A stretch of 64,000 nt of DNA. Source: Octopus vulgaris. Taxonomy: Eukaryota. A program made the position numbers and the translations under genes. Where the stretch lies: NCBI GenBank assembly GCA_951406725.2, contig OX597819.1:14074001-14138000 (forward strand). The letters are read 5' to 3'. The notes under the pieces are model-generated. The model made no database searches and was not told the origin of the DNA. It worked only from the letters and a program-made list of their open reading frames with translations. Each line of letters begins with the position of its first letter. The first letter of the stretch is position 1. Below are positions 12,990 to 27,099 of this stretch, in pieces.

Positions 12990-13209
12990 CCCTTTGGTGT
13001 TTAAACCGGCCATATCCGGCCCAAATATTCTATATGTTTGATATTCAAACTGGCCATATCTAGCCTATCACACCTAACCTACATTGACATTCTAAAAATA
13101 AACAATCATATCATTGAAACCTCAAAGCTATAACATAATGCATGATTAATTCAAAACAATTTGAGTGAAAAAGTATTACATTTAATAGAGAAATTTGAAC
13201 ATCAAAGGG
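12990..13209 (+). mobile_element. piggyBac-type MITE nested in a SINE tail
   Basis: TTAA|CCCTTTG...CAAAGGG|TTAA; the body matches 36470-36690. Confidence 0.8.
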
Positions 13210-13859
13210 TTAATGTCCATTGTCCATGCTGTCATGGGTTGGGCGGTTTGACAAGGACTGGTAAGCTGGAAGGCTGCACCAGACCCCAGTCTGATTTAGC
13301 ATGGTTTCTATGGCTGGATGTCCTTCCTAATGCCAACCACTCCAAGAGTGTAATGGGTGCTTTTATGTGCCATTTGCATGATACCAATACCTGCCTTGAT
13401 TGCAATTTTGCTTGGCTTGTTGTGTTGGGATTTATTCTGCTCCAACTAAATTGAAGCCCCATACCAAGTAGAGACCTCTTACAGGGTCACCTTAATAAGA
13501 AATGAGGAAGATGGTTGTTATTGAAATATCTTTAATGATAGACCTGTTTAATCAGGACTAACCAAGGTTTAAACAGCGACAAATACTTGCTTGAGCTAAC
13601 AAGACAGAATTTACTTGGTTACTCAACCTACTAGAAAGAGCAACCAAATCAGAACTGACTTGCAGACACCCAACAACTTGTGTGGCAGTTTTTGATGGTG
13701 TCCCCTTTTTAATGACTACTCAATATTTACACAATTCATGAAGAAGACAAGCCAACCCCCAGAATTATTAATGTATTCAACTAACCCCTTCCTCTCAGCT
13801 TTGTCCCATCCCCTCAAAATTGATGGTCCTATGGTTAAATCAGAAGCCATTATTCTTTT

Positions 13860-15960
13860 CTACTCTAGGCACAAGGCCTGAAATTTTGGGGGAGGAGGCC
13901 AGTCGATTAGATTGACCCCAGTGCATAATTGGTATTTAATTTATCGACCCCGAAAAGATGAAAGGCAAAGTCAACCTCGGTGGAATTTGAACTCAGAACA
14001 CAAAGACAGAAGAAATACTGCTAAGCATTTTGCCCAGCGGGCTAACGTTTCTCCCAGCTTGCCCACCTTTTCAAAGGCCATTATTATCATTGTTATAGCA
14101 TTGAGTTTGCCAAATCTTCAGCATGAACGACAAAATGTGTAGCAACATTTCTTCCGACCATTTACATTTGGAGTTCAAATACTGCTGAGGTAACTTTGTC
14201 ATTAGTATCAGTCAAGCACTTTGTGCCTATATTAGAATCAATTATTATAATTTAAGGTAACGAGCTGGCAGAATCATTAGCATGCCGGGCGAAATGCATA
14301 GCAGTATTTTGTCTGCCTTTACATTCCGAGTTCAAATTCCACTGAGGTCAACTGTGACTTTTATCCTTTCAGGATTAATGAAATAAGTACCAGCTATGCA
14401 TTAGGGTCGATGCAATCAACTAGTCCCCTTCCCCCAAAATTTTCAAGGCCTTGTGCCTAAAGTAGAAATAATTATGGTTTATGATTGTTATTATTATTAT
14501 CGTTATTATTATTATTATTATTATTATTATCATCAAGGTGGTGAGCTGGTAGAATTGTTAGCACGCTGGACGAAATCCTTAGCGGTATTTCGTCTGTCTT
14601 TACATTCTGAGTTCAAATTCCACCAAGGTTGATCTTGTCTTTCATCCTTTCGGGGTCAATAAATTAAGTAGCAGTTGTGTACTGGGTCGATCAAATTGAC
14701 TGGACCCCTACCCACAAAAATTTCAGGCTTTGTGCCTATAGCAGAAAGGATTATTATTATTATTATTATTATTATTTAGGTGGCGAGGTAGCAGAATTGT
14801 TAACATGCCAAGCAAAATGCTTAGCAGCATTTTGCTCATCATGACATTCTGAGTTCAAATTCTGCCAAGGTCGACTTTGCCATTCATCCTTTTGGGGTTG
14901 ATAAATTAAGTACCTATGAAACACTGGGGTCGATGTAATAACACAGTGAGCTGGCAGAATTGTTAGCTCGTTGGGCAAAATGCTTAGCGATATTTCATCT
15001 GTCTTTACATTCTGAGTTCAAATTCTGCTAAGGTCGACTTTGCCCTTCATCCATTTGGGGTCAATAAAATAAGTACCAGTTGAGCACTGTGGTCGATGTA
15101 ATCAGCTTACCCACTTTTCCAAAATTTCAGGTCTTGTGCCTATAGTAGAAAAGATTATTTTTTATAGTTGTTGTTGTTGTTGTATTTATTCTTGTCCCTT
15201 TATATTCTGAGTTCAAATCCCACTGAGATTGACTTTGCCTTTCAAAAACCCAAAACTATAATCATTCATGGGGCTAGAATCAAAATAGACAGACTTCCAA
15301 TAGGAATTAATGCAAGGGTTCTATTCAGAATTTCTGAAAAGGTTCCCATATAATGGGGGTGGTTTAGAAAAACTGTCTTGAATTTGTAAATCAAATGGAA
15401 ATTGTAGTTGTGATACCCGTGCCAGTGGCACGTAAAAAGAACCAACCGATCATGGCCATTGCCAGCCTCCCCTGCCACCTGTGCCGGTGGCACGTAAAAA
15501 GCACCCACTACACTCACAGAATGGTTGGCGTTAGGAAGGGCATCCAGCTGTAGAAGCACTGCCAGATCAGACTGGAGCCTGGTGCAGTTCAAATTCCGCC
15601 GAGGTCAACTTTGCCTTTCATCCTTTCAGAGTTGATAAATTAAGTACCAGTTGCATGCTGGGTTGATCGAATCGACTGCCCCCCTCCCCTCAAATTTTCA
15701 GGCCTTATGCCTAAAGTAGAAAAGAAAATTGGGCGTCTGAAAGGCAGTGAGCTGGCAGAAATGTTAGCATGCCAAGTGAAATGCTTAGTGGTATGTAGTC
15801 TGTCTTTACGTTCTGAGTTCAAATTCCGCGAGGTCGACTTTGTCTTTCTTCCTTTCAGGGCTAATTAAACAAGTACCAGTTATGCACTGGGGTCAATGTA
15901 ATCGACTTAATCCCTTTGTATGTCCTGGTTTGTCCCCTCTGTGTGCAATAAAGAAATAAA
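13860..15960. mobile_element. Dense cluster of Nin-type SINEs in both orientations, plus a Meta-domain-like SINE fragment
   Basis: Repeated GAGTTCAAATTC / CATCCTTT..GGGTC cores are separated by (ATT)n. TTGGCGTTAGGAAGGGCATCCAGC lies at about 15525. Confidence 0.8.
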
Positions 15961-16316
15961 TATGTATTTTAAGAATAAGAAGTTGGGAAATATTAAATTA
16001 CCCACAGTCAAAAACAATGTAGAATTTCCCCGTCCTTACACAAACCAATATATCACAATTGAAAGTGGGATATATAAATGCATGTGGTCTGGGGTCGGCC
16101 AGGGAACAAGGATACCTACTGAATGCTCATGAGTCCATAAATCACTAAATCCAGATGTGGTGGCCATCAACAAGACCAACATTACTGTGATACACTAATT
16201 TGTCTTCTTTTTTTATTGATTATAGAATCTGCCCCTCTTCTGGTTAACCCAGGTTAAGTGGCATGGCAGTGCTGTTCCAGAAAGATAGGAATCTCAGGGG
16301 GTGAATTGCTGGGACA

Positions 16317-16598
16317 ATGATAGCACACCGCCGAGTCTCGGTGGTATCATGGATGAAAAAGGTAGAACTGGGAGAGAAGGTGTCCTACCTAGGACTTAAT
16401 GTTCCTACAAGGACTTTGAGCTTGCATTGGGTATTTTGTTTAGATTCGGTGGAGCAGGTGTCCCTGGATATCGATAAGATTTGTAGGGCTCCACTGAGAC
16501 CCCGACAGAAATTCCTCTTGTTACAGCAGTACTACTTGACGGTGCTGCTGTCAAGAGGAATTCTCAAGAGTCTAGTCTTGACACTATCATCTGTGTAG
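16317..16598 (+). pseudogene. Decayed R2/NeSL-like non-LTR retrotransposon RT-thumb fragment
   Basis: SYLG followed by ICRAPLRPRQKFLLLQQYYL resembles the post-RT motif APLKPxQ(R/K)LxxL of restriction-like-endonuclease LINEs. Confidence 0.4.
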
Positions 16599-18103
16599 GA
16601 GCTAGGCATACCACTTCTTCCTTTTTATATAGCAGCTGTCTGTTATTATTACTGATAGACAGGGAGCATACCCTGTTGTGTGAGCTGAGGGGCGATGATG
16701 TTGTTGAAGATGGATTTGAACAGGGGTTGAGGGGGAATGGACAACTTTAAGCCCATAAGTCTCCTCAGCATTTTAAGATTTTGATAAAGGTGCTTGCTGA
16801 CTTAGAGGTTTGGCTTTTACAATGAGAGATGCACAAACTGGTGCAATTACTACCAGCTATATCAATGACAATCTACACCTCATCTGACATGTCAGTATCA
16901 TATCTTACCTCAGTGTACCTGTAATTAATTCAGCTCAGTCTCTTTTGTACATTTTAGCAGTGGAGCTATTCCTGCAGAGGTTGACAACATTGATGGTCAT
17001 CCTGTTTGAACTGCAACTCAGATCAATTATATCTATATACACAGGTGACATCATTGTCATGGTGACGGATACATCACAGATTCCTGGCTGGTAAATAGGT
17101 GTGGTTACCAATCGTGATTTTTTTTTTTTTTTCTCTCTTAAACCGAACTCTTTGAGTTGCAGTCTTGCACCAAGCAAAGACTGAACTTGGGTGTTTGATG
17201 TTTGAAATGTTGCCAAGCATTCACAGCATTCTACCAGCTGGATAATGGGGTGAGTGGAAAACCAGCTCTTGCATTCTGTAGAGGGATAGTTAGAGGTATG
17301 AATGGTGAAGGCTTGGCAGCACTTCTGGGCGCTGATGAGGACAGTCTGGAGGACTTTCAGATCAAGTATTATAGGCAATTTCCAAAACTCTTTGGCCTGT
17401 TTGGAATAAACTTTCCAGGCATGGCTCTTTTAGAGCCCCAACATGTCCAAAATGCACATTATTGTTTTGTGGGGTTTCTGTTGAAAAGAAATCATCAGCT
17501 GAGTGTATCATGGAGATCAAGCCAAAGACCCTTCTTTTTAACAAGGAAGAACAGGTAGCTTTCCTCTACTTGGTGGTTGGGGCAAGGAAGCTTTGTGACA
17601 AGTCCTCATCAATCATTTCAAGCACTACTTGAAGAAGAAGGGATGGAAAGAAGGGGATAAAACTGATAAAAGCTGGGTTGCAGTGGTGAAATGGGTCCTA
17701 GCTTACACAGCTGTTGGTGTGGAGCACCCCAAGATTACTCTGGTTGTACTCTCCCCACCACCACCATTTCTGTTAGTCTCTATTCTTTCTGCTATTTAAG
17801 GTTTTCACTTAATACATTGTATGTTAGTCTGGGTGTTGGATTAACCCTCGAAAAAGATGAAGGTTCGATTTTTAGACCAGACAGCTTTTTTGTGTGCTTA
17901 AGCAAGATGCTTCATTTCTCATCACTTCAGTCCACGTAGCTGCAAAAGAGTACTGCCGACAGCTGAAGGATTGCCTTGCTAAGGTAGCTGGTCCCTTGTT
18001 TAAGTAGAGGGTGGACTATCTTGCTTCTGAAACCAGGGAGAGTCTCTGATTTAATGCTCCCCTGTATTCGAAATAGACTTTAATTTATTAATGTATCTTC
18101 ATC

Positions 18104-18334
18104 CGTTTCTTTATTACCCACAAGGGGCTAAACATAGAGGGGACAAACAAGGACAGACAAACGGATTAAGTCGATTATATCGACCCCAGTGCATAACTGG
18201 TACTTAATTTATCGACCCCGAAAGGATGAAAGGCAAAGTCGACCGTGGCGGAATTTGAACTCAGAACGTAACGCCAGACGAAATACGGCTACGCATTTCA
18301 CCCGGCGTGCTAACGGTTCTGCCAGCTCGCCACC
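18104..18334 (-). mobile_element. Young Nin-type SINE
   Basis: A perfect 19-bp TSD, TTATTAATGTATCTTCATC, lies at 18085-18103 and 18335-18353. Confidence 0.9.
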
Positions 18335-19006
18335 TTATTAATGTATCTTCATCGTTGATGCTCCACCCATGCCAGCGTAGGAGACGGTCATTAAATGATG
18401 ATGATGATGATAATGTCATTATTGTTGATCTCATCCTCTCACACGATTCAAACCCCATTGTTTCTCGTTGTCTTCCCTATTTTGCACTGACCCCCCCCCC
18501 TCTGTTTTGAGCCCTTTATAGCAAATACAATAAACCCTCATCGTCGTCGTCCTCATCATCAATACTGAATTTACAAGTTTAGTTTTTGTTGATAGTTTCA
18601 TTCCTCCAAAGAAAATCAAAGTGGGGGAAAAAGGTGAGACAGAAAAAAAAACAGATAGATTGGGTATATATACAATTGCTAATTAACAGCGTAACAGATA
18701 GAATCTAATTAGATCGATATATGGTAAGGGACGATGGGATAGGACGGGCCCGAGCAGCAGCAACAGCAACAACAACAGGACAATAGACATTCGTGTGGAT
18801 AAATAAGCACAGTGTTTATAATTGAGTGTGTTTTAGGGCAGGGTACACAATATACAGGTACTTTACGAGATGGTGAGAGGCATATGAATGAATGTGTGTG
18901 CGCGTGTGTGTGTGTGTATGCTTAGGCGTGTAGGTCACCGTTTGGGTTTTCAGCTATTTTGTGTGTATGTCTGTGTGAGAGAGATTTTGAAACTAGCATT
19001 TTTGCT

Positions 19007-19063
<57 letters not shown>

Positions 19064-19504
19064 ATATATGCAGGTTTTTAATTATTTATTCACATCCATC
19101 ACGCCCCACCCCTGGTTTTTTTTTTTATATTTATTTGTTTCCATGCTTCACTTGGTATGGACTATTGTTGTTGTGATGGTTGCTCTTGTTTTTCTTCTTT
19201 TCCCCCCCTCTCTTCTTCTTCTTCTTCCCCTCTCCTCACTCTTCCCCTATCTTACCTCTTCCCCTCCTTCCTCCCTCTCTCCTCCCGCTTTCCTCTCCTC
19301 CTTCTTTCCTCTCACACCTCATCTGCTCTCTCTCTCTCCCCCTTTCCCTTCGCCATCCGATGGTTAATTTCTTCCCTCCCCCTCTCTCTCTCTCTCTAGT
19401 TTACCCTCTTTCTTTCTCTATCATCTGTCTCTCTCTCTCTTTATATACATATATATATGTATATATATACCGCCTCGTCGCCTTCCTTCTTCTTCTTCTC
19501 TCCC

Positions 19505-19623
19505 CACGCGAGATCACTGCCAAATAAGGAACACCTACTTTACATATCTGTAGAGATCTGACGGCAGGTGCATCTCTATGGGAAATTACTTTCCTCTCTT
19601 TTCCTTCTTCTGGTTGGCAGCTG
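19505..19623. promoter_or_regulatory. Candidate proneural/Notch-responsive Delta enhancer
   Basis: CACGCG (19505), CArG CCAAATAAGG (19520), GCAGGTG (19564), TATGGGAA (19577) and GCAGCTG (19617) fall within 120 bp of non-repetitive sequence. Confidence 0.4.
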
Positions 19624-20252
19624 AATTCATATAAATCCAGACCAAGAAGAAAGGAATAGGTATACACACATACAATATATATATATATATACATTACAGC
19701 AAATACACATTATAGTCACACAAACACGCGCATACATGAATATATATGTATTTATTAGTCGCGTGTGTCGAAGTCTACACACTCGCCGATGTGTTTATAC
19801 TTACCTATTGGTATGTCCATAAAGTAATATATACACTGTTGGCTCTTATGTATAGTAATGCTTGTCAATTAGTGTATGAAACTTAAATTGCTAATAATAA
19901 TGTCTTGTTGCGTGTGACGCGCACGCACGCACTTACATGAATGGGACGAGAAGAGAAGCCGGAGGGGGAGAGAGAAATAACATTTAAGTTATATTATTAC
20001 ATCCTAAACACCACCAAACAAACATTTTAAGAACAGTTTGGCTACTTTGTTTTAGATACATCACTTTATTAGAAGCCTTCTTAGTCAATTAATCAAAGAA
20101 AACTGTATGTGTATTTAATATATGTAATGGCCAGTTAGAAGTTGTTTTAAAGGTCCCATCCAGACGTCCGTTTATAAATAATAGGTAAGTCAAGTCTTCA
20201 TTCTGTTTAAGGCGAGACACGCGTTATTATATTCTTTCTTTATACATACATG

Positions 20253-20306
<54 letters not shown>

Positions 20307-22369
20307 CACGAGCACACACTGTATCTTCCATTTTTTTGTTTCATTTTTTCTTTCTATCTTGCGAATAAAAAGTAAAGATAACTTGGACATTACTAACATG
20401 GAAGGTAGAGAAGTTAACTAATTCGTTATGTGCGTAAGGCAAAAAATATATGTTTACTGACAAATTAGACTAAGTTAATAAGTGGGGGCCAGAATGACAT
20501 TCATGCCTTTCTCAAGGGCATTATTAAGCTTCAGTCAAAAGATAATTATTTCAGCCCAGTATTATTAAGGATTCTAAAAACCAATGCATGTATATTTTTA
20601 TTTCAGTTGGATACAAAAGCCTTTAACTGTCCCCGACCCGTCAGGGTGAACGCGTGGAGAATGGCTATACAAACTGTTAAACTTTTTTTCAACAATATCA
20701 TCAGAATTGTGTCTATTAGAATTTCTTTATTAATAATCCGTTCCGTTTTCTTCTTAACTTCGTTTCTGTAGCGATATTTTAAAAACTGTTCGTAGTCCAT
20801 TGTTGCACCTCACTTTTTTTATATATTTATATATATGTATATATATATATATTGTGTCCCCCCCTTACCTATCCTTGTCTGTCTGAACACCTCCTTCTAA
20901 TTCCCTCCCAATTGTTATTACTGGGAACACCTGTGTGGCTTTCTGTTTATTTATTGTTCGTTAAACACGCGTGCTGCTTCGACTACGTGTTGCTTGTACA
21001 CACACACACACACCACACCACGTATTTGTCGGATTACCATCACCATCTCATTGGCGTGTATTTACTAAAAAAATATGTAAGTTTTTAATTTTTACCCTTT
21101 TAAAAAAAAAGCTTTTTAAAACTTCAACTTTATATATTATAATAAGGCCGGGTGAAAACTTTGAACGTTTTTCTTCAAATGAGTTGGAGACCGCGGCAAG
21201 TTGTTAGCATGCGACTGAAGGTTCTATCGGCGTGTGTCAGGCCGTTTCACATGACTGCATTCGCTTCCTCGCATTTCTCGACTGTCCCCCCCCCCCCCAC
21301 ACACACACACAACCTTTGCTGTCGGTAAAAAAAAAAAAAAAAAAAAGCTTCTCTGTTAAAGCCAACAAACCAACAATGCGGTTACTCGACATGTTAACAA
21401 TAACAGCCAAATTATCGCCTTCACAAAACAATCTCTATTGTATGAAATGAAACAAACAAAAGAATGGGAGGGGAAACTGCACTAAAAAATAAAATGGCAT
21501 GGCTATGGACTTGGAAACGATTAAAGAAAAAAAAATTCGGGCCCGTCCACATGAAAATATTCGTCAAATCGGATTTATGGGCCTCCCAGCAACCGGGCCA
21601 CACGTTTTGACCGGCGCGACACAAGAACTTTCGATGTAAAAGTAGCAGGAAAGCTTTTAGCTTCCATTAATTCACCAGAAGTATATTTAATTAAAACTTG
21701 AACAACTAAATTGTACAGATTTCACTTCGAAATATTCTTAGTTCTGAATCAAATGAGGGCAAAACAATTTTTTTTTTTTTTTTTTTTCATAAAATTTGAA
21801 AATAAAAACAAAATAGCTTAAGAATTATCTTCCTCTTGGTTTTTGTACATTTTTTAAAAATATTTTTTATAAATATTTAAACCGCGTATTTTAATATTTA
21901 AAACTTACATCGCTGGTGAGTGAGCACGCCGTTTCATCACGTCGCTTCACTTTCTATACAATTAAAAAGTGCCAATATTTGAACCGAGGTACAATATAGA
22001 GAAAACTCTCTCCCCGTTCTAAATCTCTCTAGGAAATCCATGACTGTCGTTTGCATGGTTTTAATAATGGTGTTGCTTAATACTTTTGGAGTTTCTCATT
22101 CTGTGAATCTTTTGACATCAGTAAAACACTTCGTGAAATGAACCACGACGGCGGAGTTTCAGTTCCCGGCCAGAACCATTTCATTTCATTGAATGCCACC
22201 TTTAATGCACAAACGAAGAAAGGATGAAGACTACATCATCAAAAATCTGTTTAATTATAAACTTTTTTTTCGACATTTACTTTCTATCTCTCAGTTTTGA
22301 GTTTATGTATCGATTAGAAATCGAACGTTCGTCTTACCGACTTGCAACTGAACGAGCCAAGAACTTCGA

Positions 22370-23120
22370 TGAAAGAAAAATTGGCGGGTTTGCGGCGGGG
22401 GCGGGAAGGAAGGTGGAGGAGAGAGAGAGAGATGTCGGTTCTAAAGCGCCGCCGCCGCACGCGCACACCTTGCGCTGCTGCTCTTTGGCCGACTGATATC
22501 AGGTGCCGGCAAGCGGCAAGTTGGATTTGAACTTGCAAAGGAGGTGAGTTCATATCTCCTTCGCAAGGTGTTATTGTTAGAGAAGAGAGAGAGGCCCCTC
22601 GCACTCATATTTAATGAATCACATTGTCACAAACTCCCATATTATTATTATTATTATTTATTATACGCACACACACACTCACAGATACCGCAAGTGTCCC
22701 ATTCTTTAATAAACAGCTTAAATTGTCCTCTGTATGTAGAGGAGGAGGAGGGGGGGTTACCTTTTAAAAAGTTATTACTTGGTTTTGATTGGTTTCTTTC
22801 TCTGATTTCCACCCCCCTTCCTCCCTCCCCTCCTTCCCGCATCAATTCCGCCGCCCTCGCCGCCACCAGTGTCCGCACGCTTCTTTGCTTACTTTGTGTG
22901 TGTGTGTGTGTGTTCGTTCGGTACCTGGGGTTGCTCATGTGTCAGCACGCCGCCGCCTGCTCGCCCGCGCGCCCGCCTGCCTGCCCGCCTCGTCGTCTGT
23001 GTACGTGTGTTCGAGCTGGCTTCGTGTAACAGGAGTTAGCTAGCCGCGGCGCGCGCTCGCGCACGCGGGTGTGCGTGCGTGTGTGTGTGCGTATGTTTGT
23101 GCTCGCGCGCACGCACACAC
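22370..23120 (+). promoter_or_regulatory. CpG-rich promoter region with a probable non-coding first exon of Delta
   Basis: A CpG/GC-dense island in AT-rich DNA. The consensus donor GAG|GTGAGT at 22543/22544 could splice to the acceptor TTTCCAG| at 23707/23708, upstream of the Delta ATG. Confidence 0.55.
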
Positions 23121-23529
23121 ATTATTTGTTACAGTGTGTCTGTGTGTGTGTTCGTGTCTGTGTGTTCGTTCTCTTAAAATGGCTTAATAATGAAAAAAGT
23201 AAAAGTTTTTAAAAGGATGAAACTCTTGCTCAAATCCCTCCTATACAATGTTTTTTTTTTTTTATACAAATGCTAATACAATCATATAATGAATCTCCTT
23301 AAATTCTCATCCCTTGCACCCGTCCTTTATTCCCCATTCTGTCTACTCCAACTCGCATCCATTCCCTTACAGATTTCAAAATATATTCTTCACTCACTCT
23401 TTCCTCTCTAGTTTTATCCATGTTATCCTCTCTTTAACACTTTTCTCCGGTTCTCTTTCGTCATCTCTGTTTTGCAGCTAATATATACGTGTGTGTGTGT
23501 ATGCTATATACATGTGCTTGCTTGCTTGC

Positions 23530-23597
<68 letters not shown>

Positions 23598-23842
23598 ATA
23601 TTTATTTATTTATATATTTGTGTATATTTCTTGTGTCTCCCCCCCTTCTCTCTCTCTCTCTCTGCCTCTGTGTTTGCCTGCTGTCACTAATTATCATATC
23701 TTTCCAGTTTGTGCTGTCAATCAGGTTGTATGGGGGCGGAGTCAAAGCAGTAAAGCCGCTGCCAGACCGAGGCTGTTACTTTAGACATTTCTATCAACAG
23801 CAGCAGGTACGACGACGACGACTTGAACCAGCAGAAACAAGG

Positions 23843-23902
23843 ATGCGCTCGACCACGGCACCACTTCGGACCAGTATTCTGGTTCTAATCACTCTCAAGC
23901 TG
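23843..23902 (+). CDS. Delta: Delta exon 1 (signal peptide [20 protein letters not shown])
   Basis: ATG in AGGATGC context, a hydrophobic core and donor CTG|GTGAGT. Phase 0 matches exon 2. Confidence 0.85.
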
Positions 23903-24615
23903 GTGAGTGTCCGTTTCTTTGAAGGGCAGGGGCCCCAGTCGGGTTCCTTTAAGGTTTTATACTTTGAAATATTTCACCTACCACCCCTACCTTTCCCACT
24001 CTCTCTCTCTCTCTTTCTCTCTTACATTCCATCTCTTCTTCTTCACTTCACCCACCCCCCCCTACATTCCATCTCATTCCTTCTCTCTCTCTATTTTCTT
24101 TTAATTTCTTTTGAAGCTTTCCTACCTACCTACCCACCCCTCCCCTCCTCCCTCTGCATTCCATCTTTCTTTCCTTGTCCTTTCTCTCTTCTTTTCTCTC
24201 TCTCTCTCAATATTTTGGTTTAGCTTTTAATTCTTCTCGTTTCCAAACTAATTCCTGCAGAGAATTTCATTTCTCTCTTTGTCTCTCTCTCTCTCTTTCT
24301 CTTTCTCCTTCTCCTCACCTTTTCTCTCTCTCTCTCTCATATCCTCCCCCCCTCTCCCATCTCTCTTTACATTCCATCTTTGTCTCTCTTCTCCTGAACC
24401 TTTGTTTCGGTTTTTCTTGTACTTTTGGTTCACCGTGTGTATATGTTGTGTGTGTGTGTGTGTATATACACATGTAAATACGTTTACAGGCATATTCATG
24501 CATGCCTAAGATTTCCCAAGAAAGATATTTAAAAACATGCATTATGTATGAGGACTAGAGTAAAATGTTTATTATAAATGTTAACACACACGTGTATGTA
24601 TAATAGTATTTTAAG

Positions 24616-24654
<39 letters not shown>

Positions 24655-24863
24655 GTATAAACACACAAGGAACACAGTTAAAACGGTGTCTATATACGTA
24701 TATATATGCACACATATATATATATAATAATTTCTAATTAAAGAAACCACTTTAAACTTCTTTGTTTCATGTCTATCGATGTTTATACATTTCCCCTTAA
24801 TCTATAGAACGTGTCCTTGTTCGCGCGTGCCTATGTTTATTCGCAGGTTTTGCGTGTGTGTAT

Positions 24864-24897
<34 letters not shown>

Positions 24898-27059
24898 GCT
24901 GTGTTCCACAGTGTGTGTGTGTTTTTTGGTCTGTGTGTGTATAAACCATTGAATGTGTAGAAAAAGTTTTAATCTTGTCTTGTGTTTATATCCACGTTGG
25001 TCAGGTCCTTGGTACCGGGCTGTTCGAACTAGAATTGAAATCCTTCACGAACACAAAGGGATTACTAAAAAGCGGCAACTGTTGCAGTAATAATGTGGTG
25101 GCCACCGACCAAGCTGGAGACAACTGTACGGAGTGTTCTACCTTCTTTCGGATATGTCTTACGCATTACATGTTCAATATTGTCCCGGGGGGAAAGTGTT
25201 CCTTTGCCCGCAAAGAGTTACCAGTTTTGGGGAGAAATAACATAGATTTCTCTAAGGATTTACCTGGTAATTTTACCAACCCGTTGAGGTTTTTGATCAA
25301 TTCTTCGTGGCCGGTAAGTTGTGATTTTCTTCTCTCTCTCTCTCTCACATTGTAAATACATTTTTATTGTATAAAACAATTGTCGTTGTGTGTCTCAGTC
25401 TCTTCTAATTCCATTCAGCATCTGAGATGCTTTATTGTTTATTTGTAGTTTTTTCATGTGTGTCGTCTGCCTGTCTATTGATGTTTGCATTTCCCAAGAA
25501 TATCTTTGTGGTCTGGTGATTGTTTATTCATATCTGCTAGCTTAGAATCACTGTAACACTGGCGGAATCGTTAGCACGCCGGACAAAATGCCTAGCGGTA
25601 TTTCGTCCGTCTTTACGTTCTGAGTTCAAATTCCGCCGAGGTCGACTCTACCTTTCATAATTTCGGCGTCGATAAAATCGGTACCAGTTGAGTACTGGGG
25701 GTCGATCTTATCGACTTACCCCCTCCCCCAGAAATACTGGCCTTGTGCCAAAATATTGAAACCATTGTTGAGGTGGCGAGCTGGCTAAATCGTTAAGGCG
25801 TCGAACAAAATGCTTAGCGGTATTTTTCCCGACCTTCATGCCCTGAGTTCACATTCCTCCCTGGTCGACTTCGCTTTTTGTCCTTTCGTGACCAGTAAAA
25901 TAAAGTACCAGTCAAGTACTCGGGGGGTCGATGAAATCGACTTATCCCCTCCCGTTAAAATGACCCTTGTTCCAAAATTAGAGAAACAGTTCTTATTATT
26001 CCATAGCCACCAACATAGTATAATATGATTATATTACGAGCAGAGAGCTCGTTGCTACTTTGTCGTTTAATATCCGACATACAGAGAGTAGCTTCCACAC
26101 TCGGCATCTATAGCCGACCTTGTACACTGCGGTTGTTAAACCTCAAGTCCTCTCCCATCCAGTACGGTCGAAAGCGTTCCACTCATGATCATCTCTATGA
26201 CAGTTTAGCCAGTCTTCGTAAATTGATATTTTGGAAGGTGAGGTGAATTTTAGTGTTTGTTGCAGTGTGATCTCATAGGGGTCCCCTTGGGTATATCAGC
26301 CTTTTTGTTTATATTTTGCTCTCGAGGAGAAAAACTCCTTTTTCGGAGCAAAACTTCTTAACGAATCGAACCTTCATTGCCCAGAACACTGGTCCAAGTG
26401 CAAATAAATTATATTTTGCCGACTGAGTACATCCAGCGGCAAGGCTTTTAAAGAGCCTCTTCATTTTCGAAGATCGGCAGGAGAACATAATTGTGAGTGT
26501 GTGTGTGTGAATACGTACACCACTGGTTTTCGGCGTAACCGAAACCCTAACACTAACCATCGGGTGTACGTGTTCGTACCCTTCGCCTATTTAGTTGCCT
26601 CTCCCCTTCTTTTAAAAGCAAAAAAACTCAAACAGGAGGGTGGGTGTAAGCGGCAAAGAGAACCTAAATGATCATTCTTTTACTGCTTTATCATTGAACT
26701 GCAATCCAAACTGGATTACCACCACAAAAGTTTTTTTTCTTTCAGTCAATTACAATCGACTCCCGAGTTACTTTGTTAAACTATCGATCCCTTAAAGGAA
26801 CAAGTAAAACGAAAATGCAATCGCTGTAAGCTTAAAAGTCAGGAAGAGTAGGAGTCCTGTAATTATTTGTACGATCCACGGGAGATCGAACCTTGGTGTA
26901 TTCTTTTGCTATTTCAACCATCTCGAGGACTCTTCCAGCGCCTAAGTTGCAACAACGATGAATAAGTTATAAAAACAATGTATGAATGTGTGTGTGATTA
27001 TTTCTTTCTTCCTTCCTTCCATGTCTACCACAAAAACGTTTAAGTGTGTATACATACAT

Positions 27060-27099
<40 letters not shown>

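Noticed and set aside
16935-17560. Possible transposase or integrase remnant (FIPNRPKSFG; HFGHVG)
   Set aside because: The motif similarity is too weak and fragmented to call without a translated search.
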